A stretch of 64,000 bases of DNA from the NCBI GenBank assembly GCA_027486675.1, contig JAIXOQ010000006.1, positions 9,125 through 73,124 on the forward strand, in the 5' to 3' direction. Made by a program: the position numbers and the translations under genes. This document shows positions 9,418 through 18,404 of this stretch, piece by piece (position 1 is the first letter of the stretch; each line of letters begins with the position of its first letter). The notes under the pieces were generated by a model. The model worked only from the letters and a program-made list of their open reading frames with translations, was not told where the DNA came from and did not search any database. Source of the DNA: Pseudomonadota bacterium. Lineage in GTDB: Bacteria > Bdellovibrionota > UBA1018 > CAIMNF01.

Positions 9418-10005
9418 TTAAGCACGATTTAGGAAGTTTTCTTGCACGAAGATATTATTTCTTCGGTACGCCAATGGCGATTCTAGGATTGCGGTCGCTT
9501 TGAGGGACTCCATTCCGGAAACAAACCAGGGCTTGTCTAAGTAATAACTTTTCCCAGCCCAAGTGGGGGGGTCGATCCCTGCCTCATCACTCAATGAGCA
9601 TGCGATCGAGGCAAGCAATGCCCGAAGTGAATGAGGGAGTTCGGTAGGTGGAGGGAGCAGAAGAAGGAGCGGATTTACGGTTCGTCTAAATTCATCCACA
9701 AGTTCCATGAAGTGAAGTTTCCAACTGTGCTCCCCATCATGGATGGTTTTCGTGGCCACAGCATAAGTGCAGAAGTCCGGATTCAGCTCTTCCTCAGGCA
9801 GAGTTAAAATTGCCACCCTGCGGTCTACTGCCCCAGCAGTTGCGGCCAGACTTTGGATGGAAATGGAGGGAAGGTGTGCCTCGACATGGCGCACAGTCAG
9901 GCGCGAAATCTGGCCGTGGCCGGCCACGGCGGATTCCGTGAGGCGTCTATCGTTCCTCACTCTCTTGAGTGCGTCCCACCACAAGGGCGTTATAATAGAC
10001 TTCAT
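9418..10005 (-). CDS. HTH-containing partner protein, putative antitoxin
   Basis: N-terminal HTH-like segment; PPTWA...PWFV...SPLAYRRNNIFV C-terminal pattern typical of partners of this NTase family; 12 bp upstream of the NTase. Confidence 0.7.
   Translation of the reverse strand: MKSIITPLWWDALKRVRNDRRLTESAVAGHGQISRLTVRHVEAHLPSISIQSLAATAGAVDRRVAILTLPEEELNPDFCTYAVATKTIHDGEHSWKLHFMELVDEFRRTVNPLLLLLPPPTELPHSLRALLASIACSLSDEAGIDPPTWAGKSYYLDKPWFVSGMESLKATAILESPLAYRRNNIFVQENFLNRA
9913..9930. repeat. palindromic repeat copy 1 (GCCGTGGCCGGCCACGGC)
   Basis: Perfect 18-bp palindrome; same core at 10161 and 11496. Confidence 0.7.
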
Positions 10006-10039
10006 ATGTATATTATAACATGCAATTATAGCTTAGCAA
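9989..10039 (-). promoter_or_regulatory. leaderless sigma70 promoter with operator-like inverted repeat
   Basis: Minus strand TTGCTA-N16-TATAAT (TGn extended)-6 nt-ATG; GTTATAATA-N13-TATTATAAC at 9989-10019. Confidence 0.75.
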
Positions 10040-10155
10040 TAGAAGTGGGCTCAGGCCCCCCGGGATGCTTTTTGATGCGCATACGCTCATTTCACCGCGA
10101 AAAACGGGCACTAGTGCAGCAGAAGTCATGGTTGGCCGGGAGGCAGGAAATCCGT

Positions 10156-10179
10156 GCCGCCGTGGCCGGCCGCGGCGGC
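10156..10179. repeat. palindromic repeat copy 2
   Basis: GCCGCCGTGGCCGGCCGCGGCGGC, 24 bp with one G-T pair. Confidence 0.7.
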
Positions 10180-10270
10180 TTCATTTGCAGACTTTTTTCC
10201 GGACATAAATTGCCCATTCATGCACCATTTTTATCTTAAAATATTGATAATGAAGGCATAAAATCTAACT

Positions 10271-11491
10271 GTGCAGGACAAGTTGCCGGACATTTTAGAG
10301 CCCATAGACAGGTCAGAATTTGTCTCACTCATGGAGCCTATGCTCATCGCAGAGGGCTCTCATCACCGCCATGAACTCACGGAACTCGCCCTGGAGTTAG
10401 TGGCTCGGTCGAGTGGGTTCTCGCGCTCCCTCCCTGAGGGGTTGTGCGCCAGTCTCGCAGACTTGGTGAGGTCGATGAATTGTTACTACAGCAATCTGAT
10501 CGAAGGACACAATACGCATCCGGTCGATATCGATCGGGCTCTGAAGCAGCAGTATGACAGCGATCCTGGCCGTCGGAGCTTGCAGAAAGAGGCCTTGGCC
10601 CACATCTCAGTCCAAAAGTGGATTGATGAGGGGGGACTTAAGGGACGGGTCTTCTTTGTTGAAAGTATTCAGGAAGTGCATCGCCGATTTTGCGACTTAT
10701 TACCCGAAGAGCTGCTGCAAGTAGAAAAGAAAATGACGGGCGAGCGTTTGCAGGTCATCGGTGGGGAGTTTCGACAGCAAGATGTGCAGGTTGGCCTGCA
10801 CGTGCCGGTGAGTCCTGGATCCGTACCGCGATTCCTGGCTCGGTATCAGGAGGTCTATTCTGGGCTTGGAAAGGCTGCATCCATTGTGGCGGCCGCAGCA
10901 GCGCACCATCGGCTGCTTTGGATACATCCATTCCTAGATGGAAATGGGCGTGTCGCTAGGTTGATTTCGCACGCAGGTTTACTGGAATGCTTAGACACCC
11001 GTGGTCTTTGGTCAGTAGCGCGTGGGCTGGCCAGGAATGTAACCGAGTATAAAAATCATTTGGCACTCTGTGATTTGGTGAGGCGAAATGACCTGGATGG
11101 CCGGGGAAATTTAAGCGAAGAGGAGTTAGCAGCATTCACACGTTTTTTCCTAAAAACGTGCCTCGATCAGGTGAATTTTATGGCTGAGCTCATGAAGCCA
11201 GAGCGCTTGCGTGCCAGGATTCAGCTTTGGACTGAAGAGGAAATCAGGCTTAAGAATCTGCCCCATCACGCAGGTCGGGTCATGGATGCGCTGCTGTACC
11301 GTGGTGAGGTGCCTCGAAACGAAGTGGCTGAAATCTTAGGCGTAGGCGAGCGCCATGCCCGGCGTACAATGCAGACCCTGATCGAGCGGGATATTGTTCA
11401 AGTGTCTGGCGCCCGTGATCCTTATCGCCTTGTTTTTTCGGCTGCCCATGCTGCTCGTTGGCTGCCCGGGCTTTTTCCAGATGTGGGATAG
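10271..11491 (+). CDS. Fic family protein (class II-like) with C-terminal HTH
   Basis: HPFLDGNGRVAR catalytic motif; SNLIEG inhibitory motif; start uncertain. Confidence 0.93.
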   Translation: MQDKLPDILEPIDRSEFVSLMEPMLIAEGSHHRHELTELALELVARSSGFSRSLPEGLCASLADLVRSMNCYYSNLIEGHNTHPVDIDRALKQQYDSDPGRRSLQKEALAHISVQKWIDEGGLKGRVFFVESIQEVHRRFCDLLPEELLQVEKKMTGERLQVIGGEFRQQDVQVGLHVPVSPGSVPRFLARYQEVYSGLGKAASIVAAAAAHHRLLWIHPFLDGNGRVARLISHAGLLECLDTRGLWSVARGLARNVTEYKNHLALCDLVRRNDLDGRGNLSEEELAAFTRFFLKTCLDQVNFMAELMKPERLRARIQLWTEEEIRLKNLPHHAGRVMDALLYRGEVPRNEVAEILGVGERHARRTMQTLIERDIVQVSGARDPYRLVFSAAHAARWLPGLFPDVG

Positions 11492-11495
11492 GGTT

Positions 11496-11509
11496 CGTGG
11501 CCGGCCACG
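11496..11509. repeat. palindromic repeat copy 3 (CGTGGCCGGCCACG)
   Basis: Perfect 14-bp palindrome 4 nt after the Fic stop. Confidence 0.7.
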
Positions 11510-11515
11510 GGAAAT

Positions 11516-11550
11516 AAAAAACCCCCGGCAAGGAGACCCTGCCGGGGGTT
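11516..11550 (-). terminator. rho-independent terminator of pilA
   Basis: AACCCCCGGCA/TGCCGGGGGTT stem with a T-run on the minus strand. Confidence 0.85.
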
Positions 11551-11571
11551 ATGAAGATTTTAAGTAGTCTG

Positions 11572-12180
11572 TTATTGCGTATTGCAGGCTGTCCCGATCA
11601 ACGTTCCTGCACTCACTGAACCGACAACGTAGTTCTGGTTGGCACCAGCGGCCCCGGCGGCGACAGCACCTGATACTAGACACATGAACTGACCAGCTCC
11701 AACAGTGCCCGCGGCGAAGTAACCAACTGATGCAACGGGCGCGGCGGTGGGTGCTGCTGCTGCCTGCCAGTTGTTAGCCGGGGTTGACGCAGTAACAGTG
11801 CCGACAGCTGTTCCCCTTGCTACCGCTGCTGTAGCAACAGGATTTATGCTATTTGCAAAGTAGTCGGTGCAGCCCGCGACTGCAGCGGCGTTATAGTTTG
11901 ATCCTACAGAGAAAAATCTCTGTCCTTCAGCAGCCGAGTAGCCCATCTCGCCCAAGCACATGCTGTATGTGCCTCCAGATGTAGCGGAAAAGGCCTGGGA
12001 GACGGCCCCAATCGCACCCAGTGCTGATCTTCCTTCTGCGCCCCGCGCACGCGCCTGAAAGTTTCTATATTGCGGAATTGCAATAGCAGCCAAAATTCCG
12101 ATGATAGCAACGACCACCATCAATTCGACCAGTGTAAAACCCCGTTCGTTTCTCAATGCTTTCAAATTCCCCATAGTCAT
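11572..12180 (-). CDS. pilA: type IVa major pilin
   Basis: [28 protein letters not shown] class III signal; strong SD; own terminator. Confidence 0.92.
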   Translation of the reverse strand: MTMGNLKALRNERGFTLVELMVVVAIIGILAAIAIPQYRNFQARARGAEGRSALGAIGAVSQAFSATSGGTYSMCLGEMGYSAAEGQRFFSVGSNYNAAAVAGCTDYFANSINPVATAAVARGTAVGTVTASTPANNWQAAAAPTAAPVASVGYFAAGTVGAGQFMCLVSGAVAAGAAGANQNYVVGSVSAGTLIGTACNTQ

Positions 12181-12256
12181 AAATCCCCTCTCCTCTCAAG
12201 ATCAGGTTGTTATACAGTTAAAATTAACACGCATATTTCACAAAAAAAGGACCAAA

Positions 12257-13003
12257 ATGCGGTCGGTTTTTAACAGTCTACGGCAACAGTTGTTTTTAGC
12301 CACGCTTATATTGCTCCTTTTTGGAGCACAGTACCGGATTTCCTTGGTCAATCAAATCAATAGATCAACTGCACAATTGAGCGAGTCTTTGCTGCACCAA
12401 AGAGCTGACTTTAAACCTGACCCTCACTTCATTCAGGCCACCGTTTTTGGTCATTGGGCACTCTGGGCGAATTGGTCTTGGATACAGTCCCTGCAGCTTC
12501 TTGGTGCTCGCGACGGTGAAGTAGAAAAACGAACGGAGCTTGAGCTCGATTTTGCGGAAACGACGTGGCGAAATGCAGTCGCACTCGATTCTGATTTTCT
12601 ACCTTGGTACTTAGATGCAGGTCTGTTTTTCTCAATCTTTTCGAATCGGCCGCAACCCTCTTACGATTTACTCACTCTTGCTGTGAAGCGTGTTCAAGCG
12701 CCGATGACTGAAAGACAAAAAGACTATGGCGATTGGCAACGCGCACCCATGGTCGCTATTCTTCGCGGCTACACAGCCGGCTTTAAGCTGCACGACTGGG
12801 GCCTCGCACGAGACGCGTTTTTAGATGCGGAAAAAATTCCAGGCGCGCCCGCTTACTTAGAAAACATGTCGGCATGGTTACTCAAGCCAGGCGGGGAAAA
12901 AGAACTCGGGAAGCGGATTCTGGAATCTTTGATCAAACAAACCTCAGATGAGCGTCAAAAATCTGCATACGAAGCTGAGCTAAAAGAACTGATGGAGTCT
13001 TAA
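12257..13003 (+). CDS. pilin-associated protein, myxobacterial PilG-like
   Basis: N-terminal TM, WIQSLQ...ALDSDF pattern; precedes the ABC pair; AAGGA SD before ATG 12257. Confidence 0.7.
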   Translation: MRSVFNSLRQQLFLATLILLLFGAQYRISLVNQINRSTAQLSESLLHQRADFKPDPHFIQATVFGHWALWANWSWIQSLQLLGARDGEVEKRTELELDFAETTWRNAVALDSDFLPWYLDAGLFFSIFSNRPQPSYDLLTLAVKRVQAPMTERQKDYGDWQRAPMVAILRGYTAGFKLHDWGLARDAFLDAEKIPGAPAYLENMSAWLLKPGGEKELGKRILESLIKQTSDERQKSAYEAELKELMES

Positions 13004-13007
13004 AGCG

Positions 13008-13895
13008 ATGGGGAAGCAAGAAAACGAAGTTCAAAATTCAGGCACCGGCATCAACACACCTGCCGTGATCGGGCAGAAAGTAACTTTTGATGTCTTGGTT
13101 GGATTCCTCCAAAGAAAGAAAACCGTCCTGCACGGCATTGACTTCACAGTCGCACCCCATCGCATCACAGCACTGGTGGGCCCCAACGGTGCGGGTAAGA
13201 CAACGCTGTTTCATCAGATCTTAGGTTTTAAAATTCCAACATCAGGTTCTGTCCATGTCTATGGCGTGCCAGCAAGTGATCCATCCTCACGTCTTGCCAT
13301 AGGTTTTGTGCCGGAACGGCCGTATCTCCCAGCGAAAGAAACTCCCCGTGGATTTTTGTCGCTCTGCATGCGCCTCAGCGGAATGCCGGCTAGGATCGAG
13401 CGCATTGAAGAACTCCTTTTACGTGTGGGTCTAAGTGGCGCGATCGACCAACGCACGGAGAGTTTTTCTAAAGGAATGCTTCAGCGTCTGTTGATTGCGC
13501 AGGCACTGGTGCATGACCCAAAACTTCTTTTGCTCGATGAACCCATGAGCGGTCTTGATCCCGATGGACGCATCGAAGTGCGCAACATCATCCGAGAGCT
13601 AAAAAATGCAGGCAAAACGATCCTCTTCACCACGCACGTCGTGGAGGACATTGAATGGCTTGCTGATGATTTGCTTCTCATTCAAGAAGGCCGTTTGACT
13701 TTCAGTGGTCCCGCACTTGATTTCTTAGCCAAACACCCTGCCTCTTATGAAGTGATGTTTGAGGATCAAGAACTTCTTCAGTATCCAGGCATAGCAGATC
13801 TATCGGGCGCCTTAGCCAAACAATCAGAACACCAAAAGAAACCGCTCTTGATCAAGCAGCGCCGCAAAGGAATAGAGGAGATGTACCGCAAATGA
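13008..13895 (+). CDS. ABC transporter ATP-binding protein (myxobacterial PilH-like)
   Basis: GPNGAGKTT, FSKGMLQR, LLLDEPMSGLDP. Confidence 0.9.
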   Translation: MGKQENEVQNSGTGINTPAVIGQKVTFDVLVGFLQRKKTVLHGIDFTVAPHRITALVGPNGAGKTTLFHQILGFKIPTSGSVHVYGVPASDPSSRLAIGFVPERPYLPAKETPRGFLSLCMRLSGMPARIERIEELLLRVGLSGAIDQRTESFSKGMLQRLLIAQALVHDPKLLLLDEPMSGLDPDGRIEVRNIIRELKNAGKTILFTTHVVEDIEWLADDLLLIQEGRLTFSGPALDFLAKHPASYEVMFEDQELLQYPGIADLSGALAKQSEHQKKPLLIKQRRKGIEEMYRK

Positions 13896-14656
13896 TCCGC
13901 ACATTCCGGCAGGGTTTTGCAATCTTAGGATTCACGCTGCACGGCCTTGTCCGCGAACGCATCCTGTACAACGTCTTTTTCGTAGCCCTTGGACTTCTTG
14001 CGATCGGTTATTTAGCTTCAAAACTTGTTTATGGCCGCCAGGACCGCGTGATCTTGGACATCGGTGCTGCGGCGATTGAGTTGTGTTTAGTTTTTGTTGC
14101 AAGCGTCTTAGGTTCCCGCCTGATCCCAGCAGAAGTAGAATCCCGCTTAGCCTATTTGATTTTGGCGCGCCCCGTGCACCGGGCGACTTATTTGTTTGGC
14201 CGCACTTTAGGCCTTTGCGCACTGCTTACGCTTAACGCGTTTTTGCTATTTGCGGTTCTTGTGGCTTCTGTCGCGGTGATCGGTCGGTTACCTGAATGGG
14301 TTTTCTTAGAAGGCGCAATTTTAGTCTCTGTTCATGTCGCCTGGATTGCGGCGTTTACGATTTGGTTGTCCACGATGGTCTCTTCTGCGGTGGCAGTCAT
14401 GTCCACATGGGGACTGTACTTCATTAGCCAGAACATCCACCTTCTGCGGGGACTGAAAGATGGTCCGCCGCCGGTTGTTGCAGAAACCCTGACCCGCATC
14501 CTTCCTCAAGGGGCACCCTTCGCTTTGGAGTCCAGGCTTTCTTATGGCGTGGCGCTGCCGCTCCCCGAATTCCTAACTACGATTGCCTACGGGCTTTTGT
14601 GGGTCGGTGTGTTCTCATTGCTTGCGCTGTGGCGCTTTGAACGGAAGAGTTTGTAG
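13892..14656 (+). CDS. ABC transporter permease (myxobacterial PilI-like)
   Basis: About 6 TM, RERILY, LARPV-R motifs; ATGA coupling. Confidence 0.88.
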   Translation: MIRTFRQGFAILGFTLHGLVRERILYNVFFVALGLLAIGYLASKLVYGRQDRVILDIGAAAIELCLVFVASVLGSRLIPAEVESRLAYLILARPVHRATYLFGRTLGLCALLTLNAFLLFAVLVASVAVIGRLPEWVFLEGAILVSVHVAWIAAFTIWLSTMVSSAVAVMSTWGLYFISQNIHLLRGLKDGPPPVVAETLTRILPQGAPFALESRLSYGVALPLPEFLTTIAYGLLWVGVFSLLALWRFERKSL

Positions 14657-15685
14657 CTGTTGTTTTGGAGATAGTCCCAGGTCTAATGCTGCTTTTAAAT
14701 TGTGCGTCTGACAGAGGTGGCGGAGGTTTTTGAGGGTTGTCGTTCCACCGCAGGCAAGTGGAGTGATGTGATCGACTTGCAAGTGTGCCCGCGAAGGGCA
14801 ACGGGCCTTTGTCAGTGGCGAAATGTATTCACATTGACCGTTCGATCTTGCAAAAATCTTACGTTTAAATTGGAGGGGGATGAATCGTGAGGTGGAGGAT
14901 GCTTGTGGCTGTGGGGAACTCTTCGCTGTGGGCATCACCCCGTCCTGACGGGATTTTTGGGACTGCCCCGGATTCTGGTTATCTTCTGCCGTCCGAACCA
15001 ACTCCGAAATAGCCCGCTGCGACTCCACCTTTCCGAGGCTTCGCTCTTTTTTTTCGATCAGTGTTTTTAGGGCTTCCGTGAAAATATCTGCATTGGAATC
15101 TGCCCAGATCAATTCCCTGGCACGGTTGAGTAGCTTCATCCCATCTTCATCTAAGAAAAGTTTCACTTCCGTATGTGTGGCTGTCGCAACCCGGGTAGTT
15201 TCTTTCAGGCGTGGCGCTTCCGGTGCGGAGGATCGAGATAACAGGATTTTTTCTGTTTCTCTTTTGGACTTTCCTGCCACTGCAGTGAGGAGGTCGTTCT
15301 GTTGGCTACCACTCAGCTCATTTCCTAAAGCTTTTTCTTCCTTTATGAATCTCTGAACCTGGGTGGCACCTGTCAGAGTTAGGTCACCTGTTTCAATCAT
15401 GTGTTTTGCTATTTCATTCCGCCTTGCAAGTCGCATGGCAGCGATGCGTTCGTAGGCGGAGGATTCAGAATACCCAAGTTCCTTCCGCACATACTCAAAC
15501 AGACTTGGGTAAGAAAGTAATGCATAGGCTTTTCTTCGATCGATCTCCTCAAGGTGCGCGACTAATGTCGCTGTTGCGCGCTGCTCGACTCGGGAGATTG
15601 CAAATGTCATATGCAAGAGTTCAAGGTCATTGAGTGGAAACGATGCTGTTTCATTGGGAATTCTGGATGTTCTCTGATTCATCAT
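14615..15685 (-). CDS. DUF222-like domain + HNH endonuclease (copy 1)
   Basis: YPSLFEY...GYSESSAYERI N-domain; QCEY...C...LQVDHITP...GG...NLRHLCQTHN; start moved to ATG 15685/15682. Confidence 0.88.
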   Translation of the reverse strand: MMNQRTSRIPNETASFPLNDLELLHMTFAISRVEQRATATLVAHLEEIDRRKAYALLSYPSLFEYVRKELGYSESSAYERIAAMRLARRNEIAKHMIETGDLTLTGATQVQRFIKEEKALGNELSGSQQNDLLTAVAGKSKRETEKILLSRSSAPEAPRLKETTRVATATHTEVKLFLDEDGMKLLNRARELIWADSNADIFTEALKTLIEKKERSLGKVESQRAISELVRTAEDNQNPGQSQKSRQDGVMPTAKSSPQPQASSTSRFIPLQFKRKIFARSNGQCEYISPLTKARCPSRAHLQVDHITPLACGGTTTLKNLRHLCQTHNLKAALDLGLSPKQQLQTLPFKAPQRKQ

Positions 15686-15692
15686 TTTAGAA

Positions 15693-15711
15693 ATCATAAC
15701 CCCATGTTTTT
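15693..15711 (-). promoter_or_regulatory. conserved upstream motif/-10 of HNH copy 1
   Basis: AAAAACATGGGGTTATGAT, matches 59889-59908. Confidence 0.6.
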
Positions 15712-15924
15712 GAGGCACCTCGCTGCCCGTGAGAGCACGCCAAACGTCATTTTCGATTTGATATGACCCTTGAAGCGAGATCGTGATTCCTGCGCCCAAT
15801 GCGTTTGTTCAGAAGAGGGTTTTGTTAGACATCTCAACTTCAAAACGGAATGAACTCCGAGACTCGTCAATAGAGAAATTTAAAGGTCATAAAAAAGACT
15901 CACTGAGGGATCCCGATCCAGGCC

Positions 15925-16353
15925 TCAAAAATTCCTGCCGGCCGTGTTCCTCAGTTCCCCCTTCAGAACTCTCTTTAAGTTCCATGTCATCCAGAACAAG
16001 ACAGCGTAAGCAATGGGCGAAGTGTGCGCTCCCCACAAGACAAAAGTCCCAATGAGGCCAGGAATGCAAAGTAATGCAACCACGAAGCGTAATGCCCCTT
16101 GGATACGAAGTAGACTTAACCCAAGGCCAAGGTGTGCCACCGTAGTCCAAAACAAACCTTTTACGATGCGTACTCGCCAAGGGAGGTATTCATCTTCCTT
16201 GAATACGCTGAGAAACCCGTATGAAGTCGAGACGGCGGCAAAGAGTGAGAGCGCCCAAGTTGATTTAAAAATGCTAATCGACTTAGCGAAGAAGAAGGAT
16301 GTTCTCCGCAAAGTCATAAAAGGCGCAATTGGCGAATTTTGAGTCCGCGGCAT
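15925..16353 (-). CDS. hypothetical membrane protein
   Basis: 142-aa ORF with 3-4 hydrophobic segments filling the gap; no family recognised. Confidence 0.45.
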   Translation of the reverse strand: MPRTQNSPIAPFMTLRRTSFFFAKSISIFKSTWALSLFAAVSTSYGFLSVFKEDEYLPWRVRIVKGLFWTTVAHLGLGLSLLRIQGALRFVVALLCIPGLIGTFVLWGAHTSPIAYAVLFWMTWNLKRVLKGELRNTAGRNF

Positions 16354-16450
16354 TCTGATTTCAGGATGTCATTGGCACGTCTGGTTTGCAAAACCGTCGT
16401 TTTGCATTCGACGAGCAATTCCAATTTGGCACACCAAAGTTACAAAAAGA

Positions 16451-16480
16451 TGATAATATGGACCTATGTATGCCAGGTCC
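16451..16480 (+). promoter_or_regulatory. extended -10 leaderless promoter with inverted repeat over the start codon
   Basis: TGA-TAATAT-6 nt-ATG(16466); GGACCT-N9-AGGTCC at 16460-16480. Confidence 0.6.
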
Positions 16481-17599
16481 TTTGTGCAGCCGAATAGCAG
16501 CTTCTTTCTTTTTGGTCCCCGCGGGACCGGGAAAAGCTCGCTCATGCGAAGTCTCTTTCCCGGTGCGCTCCACTTTGACCTTTTGGAGTCGGACTACTAT
16601 CACCAGCTCCTTGCTCGACCCCAGCTTCTCGATGATCTGATCCCAACTACCTATCGGGACTGGGTAGTCTTAGATGAGATTCAAAAGGTGCCGGAGCTTC
16701 TCAATGAGGTGCATCGCCTCATCGAGAGACGAAAACTTAAGTTCGCTTTGACCGGGTCCAGTGCGCGCAGTCTCAGGAAGAAAGGCGTTAATTTACTGGC
16801 TGGCCGCGCTGTCACAAAACATCTATTTCCGCTCACGGTTCAAGAATCCAAGAAAGATTTCGATCTCGCTCATGCTCTAAAATTTGGAATGCTTCCCAGT
16901 GTTTTTGGTAACTCCCATTCTTCCTCTTACCTTGCCTCATACGTCAGAACCTATTTGAAAGAGGAAGTGCAGCAGGAAGGCTTAGTGAGGAACTTGCCAG
17001 CTTTTGCAAGGTTTCTTGAGTCTGCAACTTTTTCTCAAGGCTCTGTGCTCAATATGAGTGAAGTGGCGAGGGATTGTGGCATCCACAGGAAGGTTGTCGC
17101 GGACTACTTTGTTATCCTTGAGGACCTGCTTCTTGCCTGCCGAGTTCCGGTATTCACGAAAAAAGCAAAGCGGGATCTTCTGACTAGCGAGAAATTCTTC
17201 TTTTTTGACAATGGTGTCTATCGAGAGTTGCGACCGCGCGGCCCCTTAGATTCGACGGAGGGGCTCGAAGGGGTCTCGCTCGAGACCTTGCTGTTTCAGG
17301 AAATTCGAGCGTTGAATGAATACCTAGGACTAGGGTACGGGATTTATTACTGGCGCACGAAGCAGAAGCAGGAAATCGACTTCGTGCTTTACGGAAAGGC
17401 CGGACTGATTGCAATCGAAGTGAAGCGTTCCAACAAACCGCGTGGCGATGACCTAGATGCATTGCGGCTTTTTAAGAGTGATTATCCTATGGCCCGATGT
17501 TTTTTGGCATACGGCGGGACGAAGAGGTTTATCCAAAGCGATATAGAGTGTGTTCCTTATGAGGATTTTTTAAGGAAGCTTCCAGAATTCCTCAGATAG
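16466..17599 (+). CDS. AAA_14 ATPase with DUF4143 and PD-(D/E)xK-like C-terminus
   Basis: GPRGTGKSS, VVLDEIQK, LTGSSARSL, EIDFVL...AIEVK; close paralogue of 2680..3864. Confidence 0.9.
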   Translation: MYARSFVQPNSSFFLFGPRGTGKSSLMRSLFPGALHFDLLESDYYHQLLARPQLLDDLIPTTYRDWVVLDEIQKVPELLNEVHRLIERRKLKFALTGSSARSLRKKGVNLLAGRAVTKHLFPLTVQESKKDFDLAHALKFGMLPSVFGNSHSSSYLASYVRTYLKEEVQQEGLVRNLPAFARFLESATFSQGSVLNMSEVARDCGIHRKVVADYFVILEDLLLACRVPVFTKKAKRDLLTSEKFFFFDNGVYRELRPRGPLDSTEGLEGVSLETLLFQEIRALNEYLGLGYGIYYWRTKQKQEIDFVLYGKAGLIAIEVKRSNKPRGDDLDALRLFKSDYPMARCFLAYGGTKRFIQSDIECVPYEDFLRKLPEFLR

Positions 17600-17618
17600 C
17601 CATGGTATTTTCTGTACT

Positions 17619-18404
17619 GTGCATCCCATCTACACACAGATCCTGATCACACTGCTGGGCCTCATCGTGGGCAGCTTCTTAAATGTTGTGATTCATCGCT
17701 TGCCTCGCGACGAATCCGTCGTGAAACCTGCATCCCGTTGCCCGAACTGCGCGCGCTCGATCCGTTGGTACGAAAACATCCCGCTCCTCAGTTTCGCAGC
17801 CCTTCGCGCAAAGTGCCCCGGATGCAAAACCAAGATCTCTTACCGCTACCCCCTTGTAGAGGCACTCACTGGCGTCCTCTTCTTCGCTTGTTTTCGCGGC
17901 ACCATCGACATCGAGCTCTTCCGCAATCTCTTCTTCATCGCTTCGGGTGTTGCGATCACCTTCATCGATCTGGACCACCGCATCATCCCCGACGAACTGT
18001 CCTTAGGCGGCTGGGCGATTGGCCTGATCAGCGCCCCGTGGGCTGCAGATCACAGCTTTACCGAGCTTCTGATCGCTTCCGTCGTCGGATTTGGAGTGTT
18101 CTTAGGTTTCGCCATGCTTTATGAAAAACTCACGGGCCGGGTAGGCATCGGCGGTGGGGACATCAAATACATGGGTACGCTCGGCGCGTTCCTAGGCTTA
18201 AGCGGGCTTTGGGCTGCAATCTTGGTCGCGTCCGTTGTGGGGAGCGTGATTGGCATTCTTTACGCGACTCTGTCTAAGCCTGCCGAAGGCGCGCAAAATG
18301 AAGGAGTGATGAAAGCCTCTTTGCCCTTTGGTCCTTTTTTAGTCTTAGGTGGTTTTTCAGAAATCTTCTTTGAGGTGTCACAGTGGCTGATTTTGAAACC
18401 GTAG
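17619..18404 (+). CDS. pilD: prepilin peptidase
   Basis: GSFLNVVIHRLP, CxxC...CxxC, IDLDH.IIPD, GGGDIK, PFGPFL. Confidence 0.96.
   Translation: MHPIYTQILITLLGLIVGSFLNVVIHRLPRDESVVKPASRCPNCARSIRWYENIPLLSFAALRAKCPGCKTKISYRYPLVEALTGVLFFACFRGTIDIELFRNLFFIASGVAITFIDLDHRIIPDELSLGGWAIGLISAPWAADHSFTELLIASVVGFGVFLGFAMLYEKLTGRVGIGGGDIKYMGTLGAFLGLSGLWAAILVASVVGSVIGILYATLSKPAEGAQNEGVMKASLPFGPFLVLGGFSEIFFEVSQWLILKP

Noticed and set aside
12239..12254. sigma54-like site upstream of pilA on the minus strand (TGGTCCTTTTTTTGTG)
   Set aside because: Correct spacing but GT instead of the near-invariant GC; the sequence is also explained by the pilG SD
12101..12256. N-terminal extension of the PilG-like ORF
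   Set aside because: Overlaps pilA; an SD supports ATG 12257
16373..16390. TGGCAC...TTGCA sigma54-like promoter
   Set aside because: GG-to-GC spacing is 12 nt instead of the required 10
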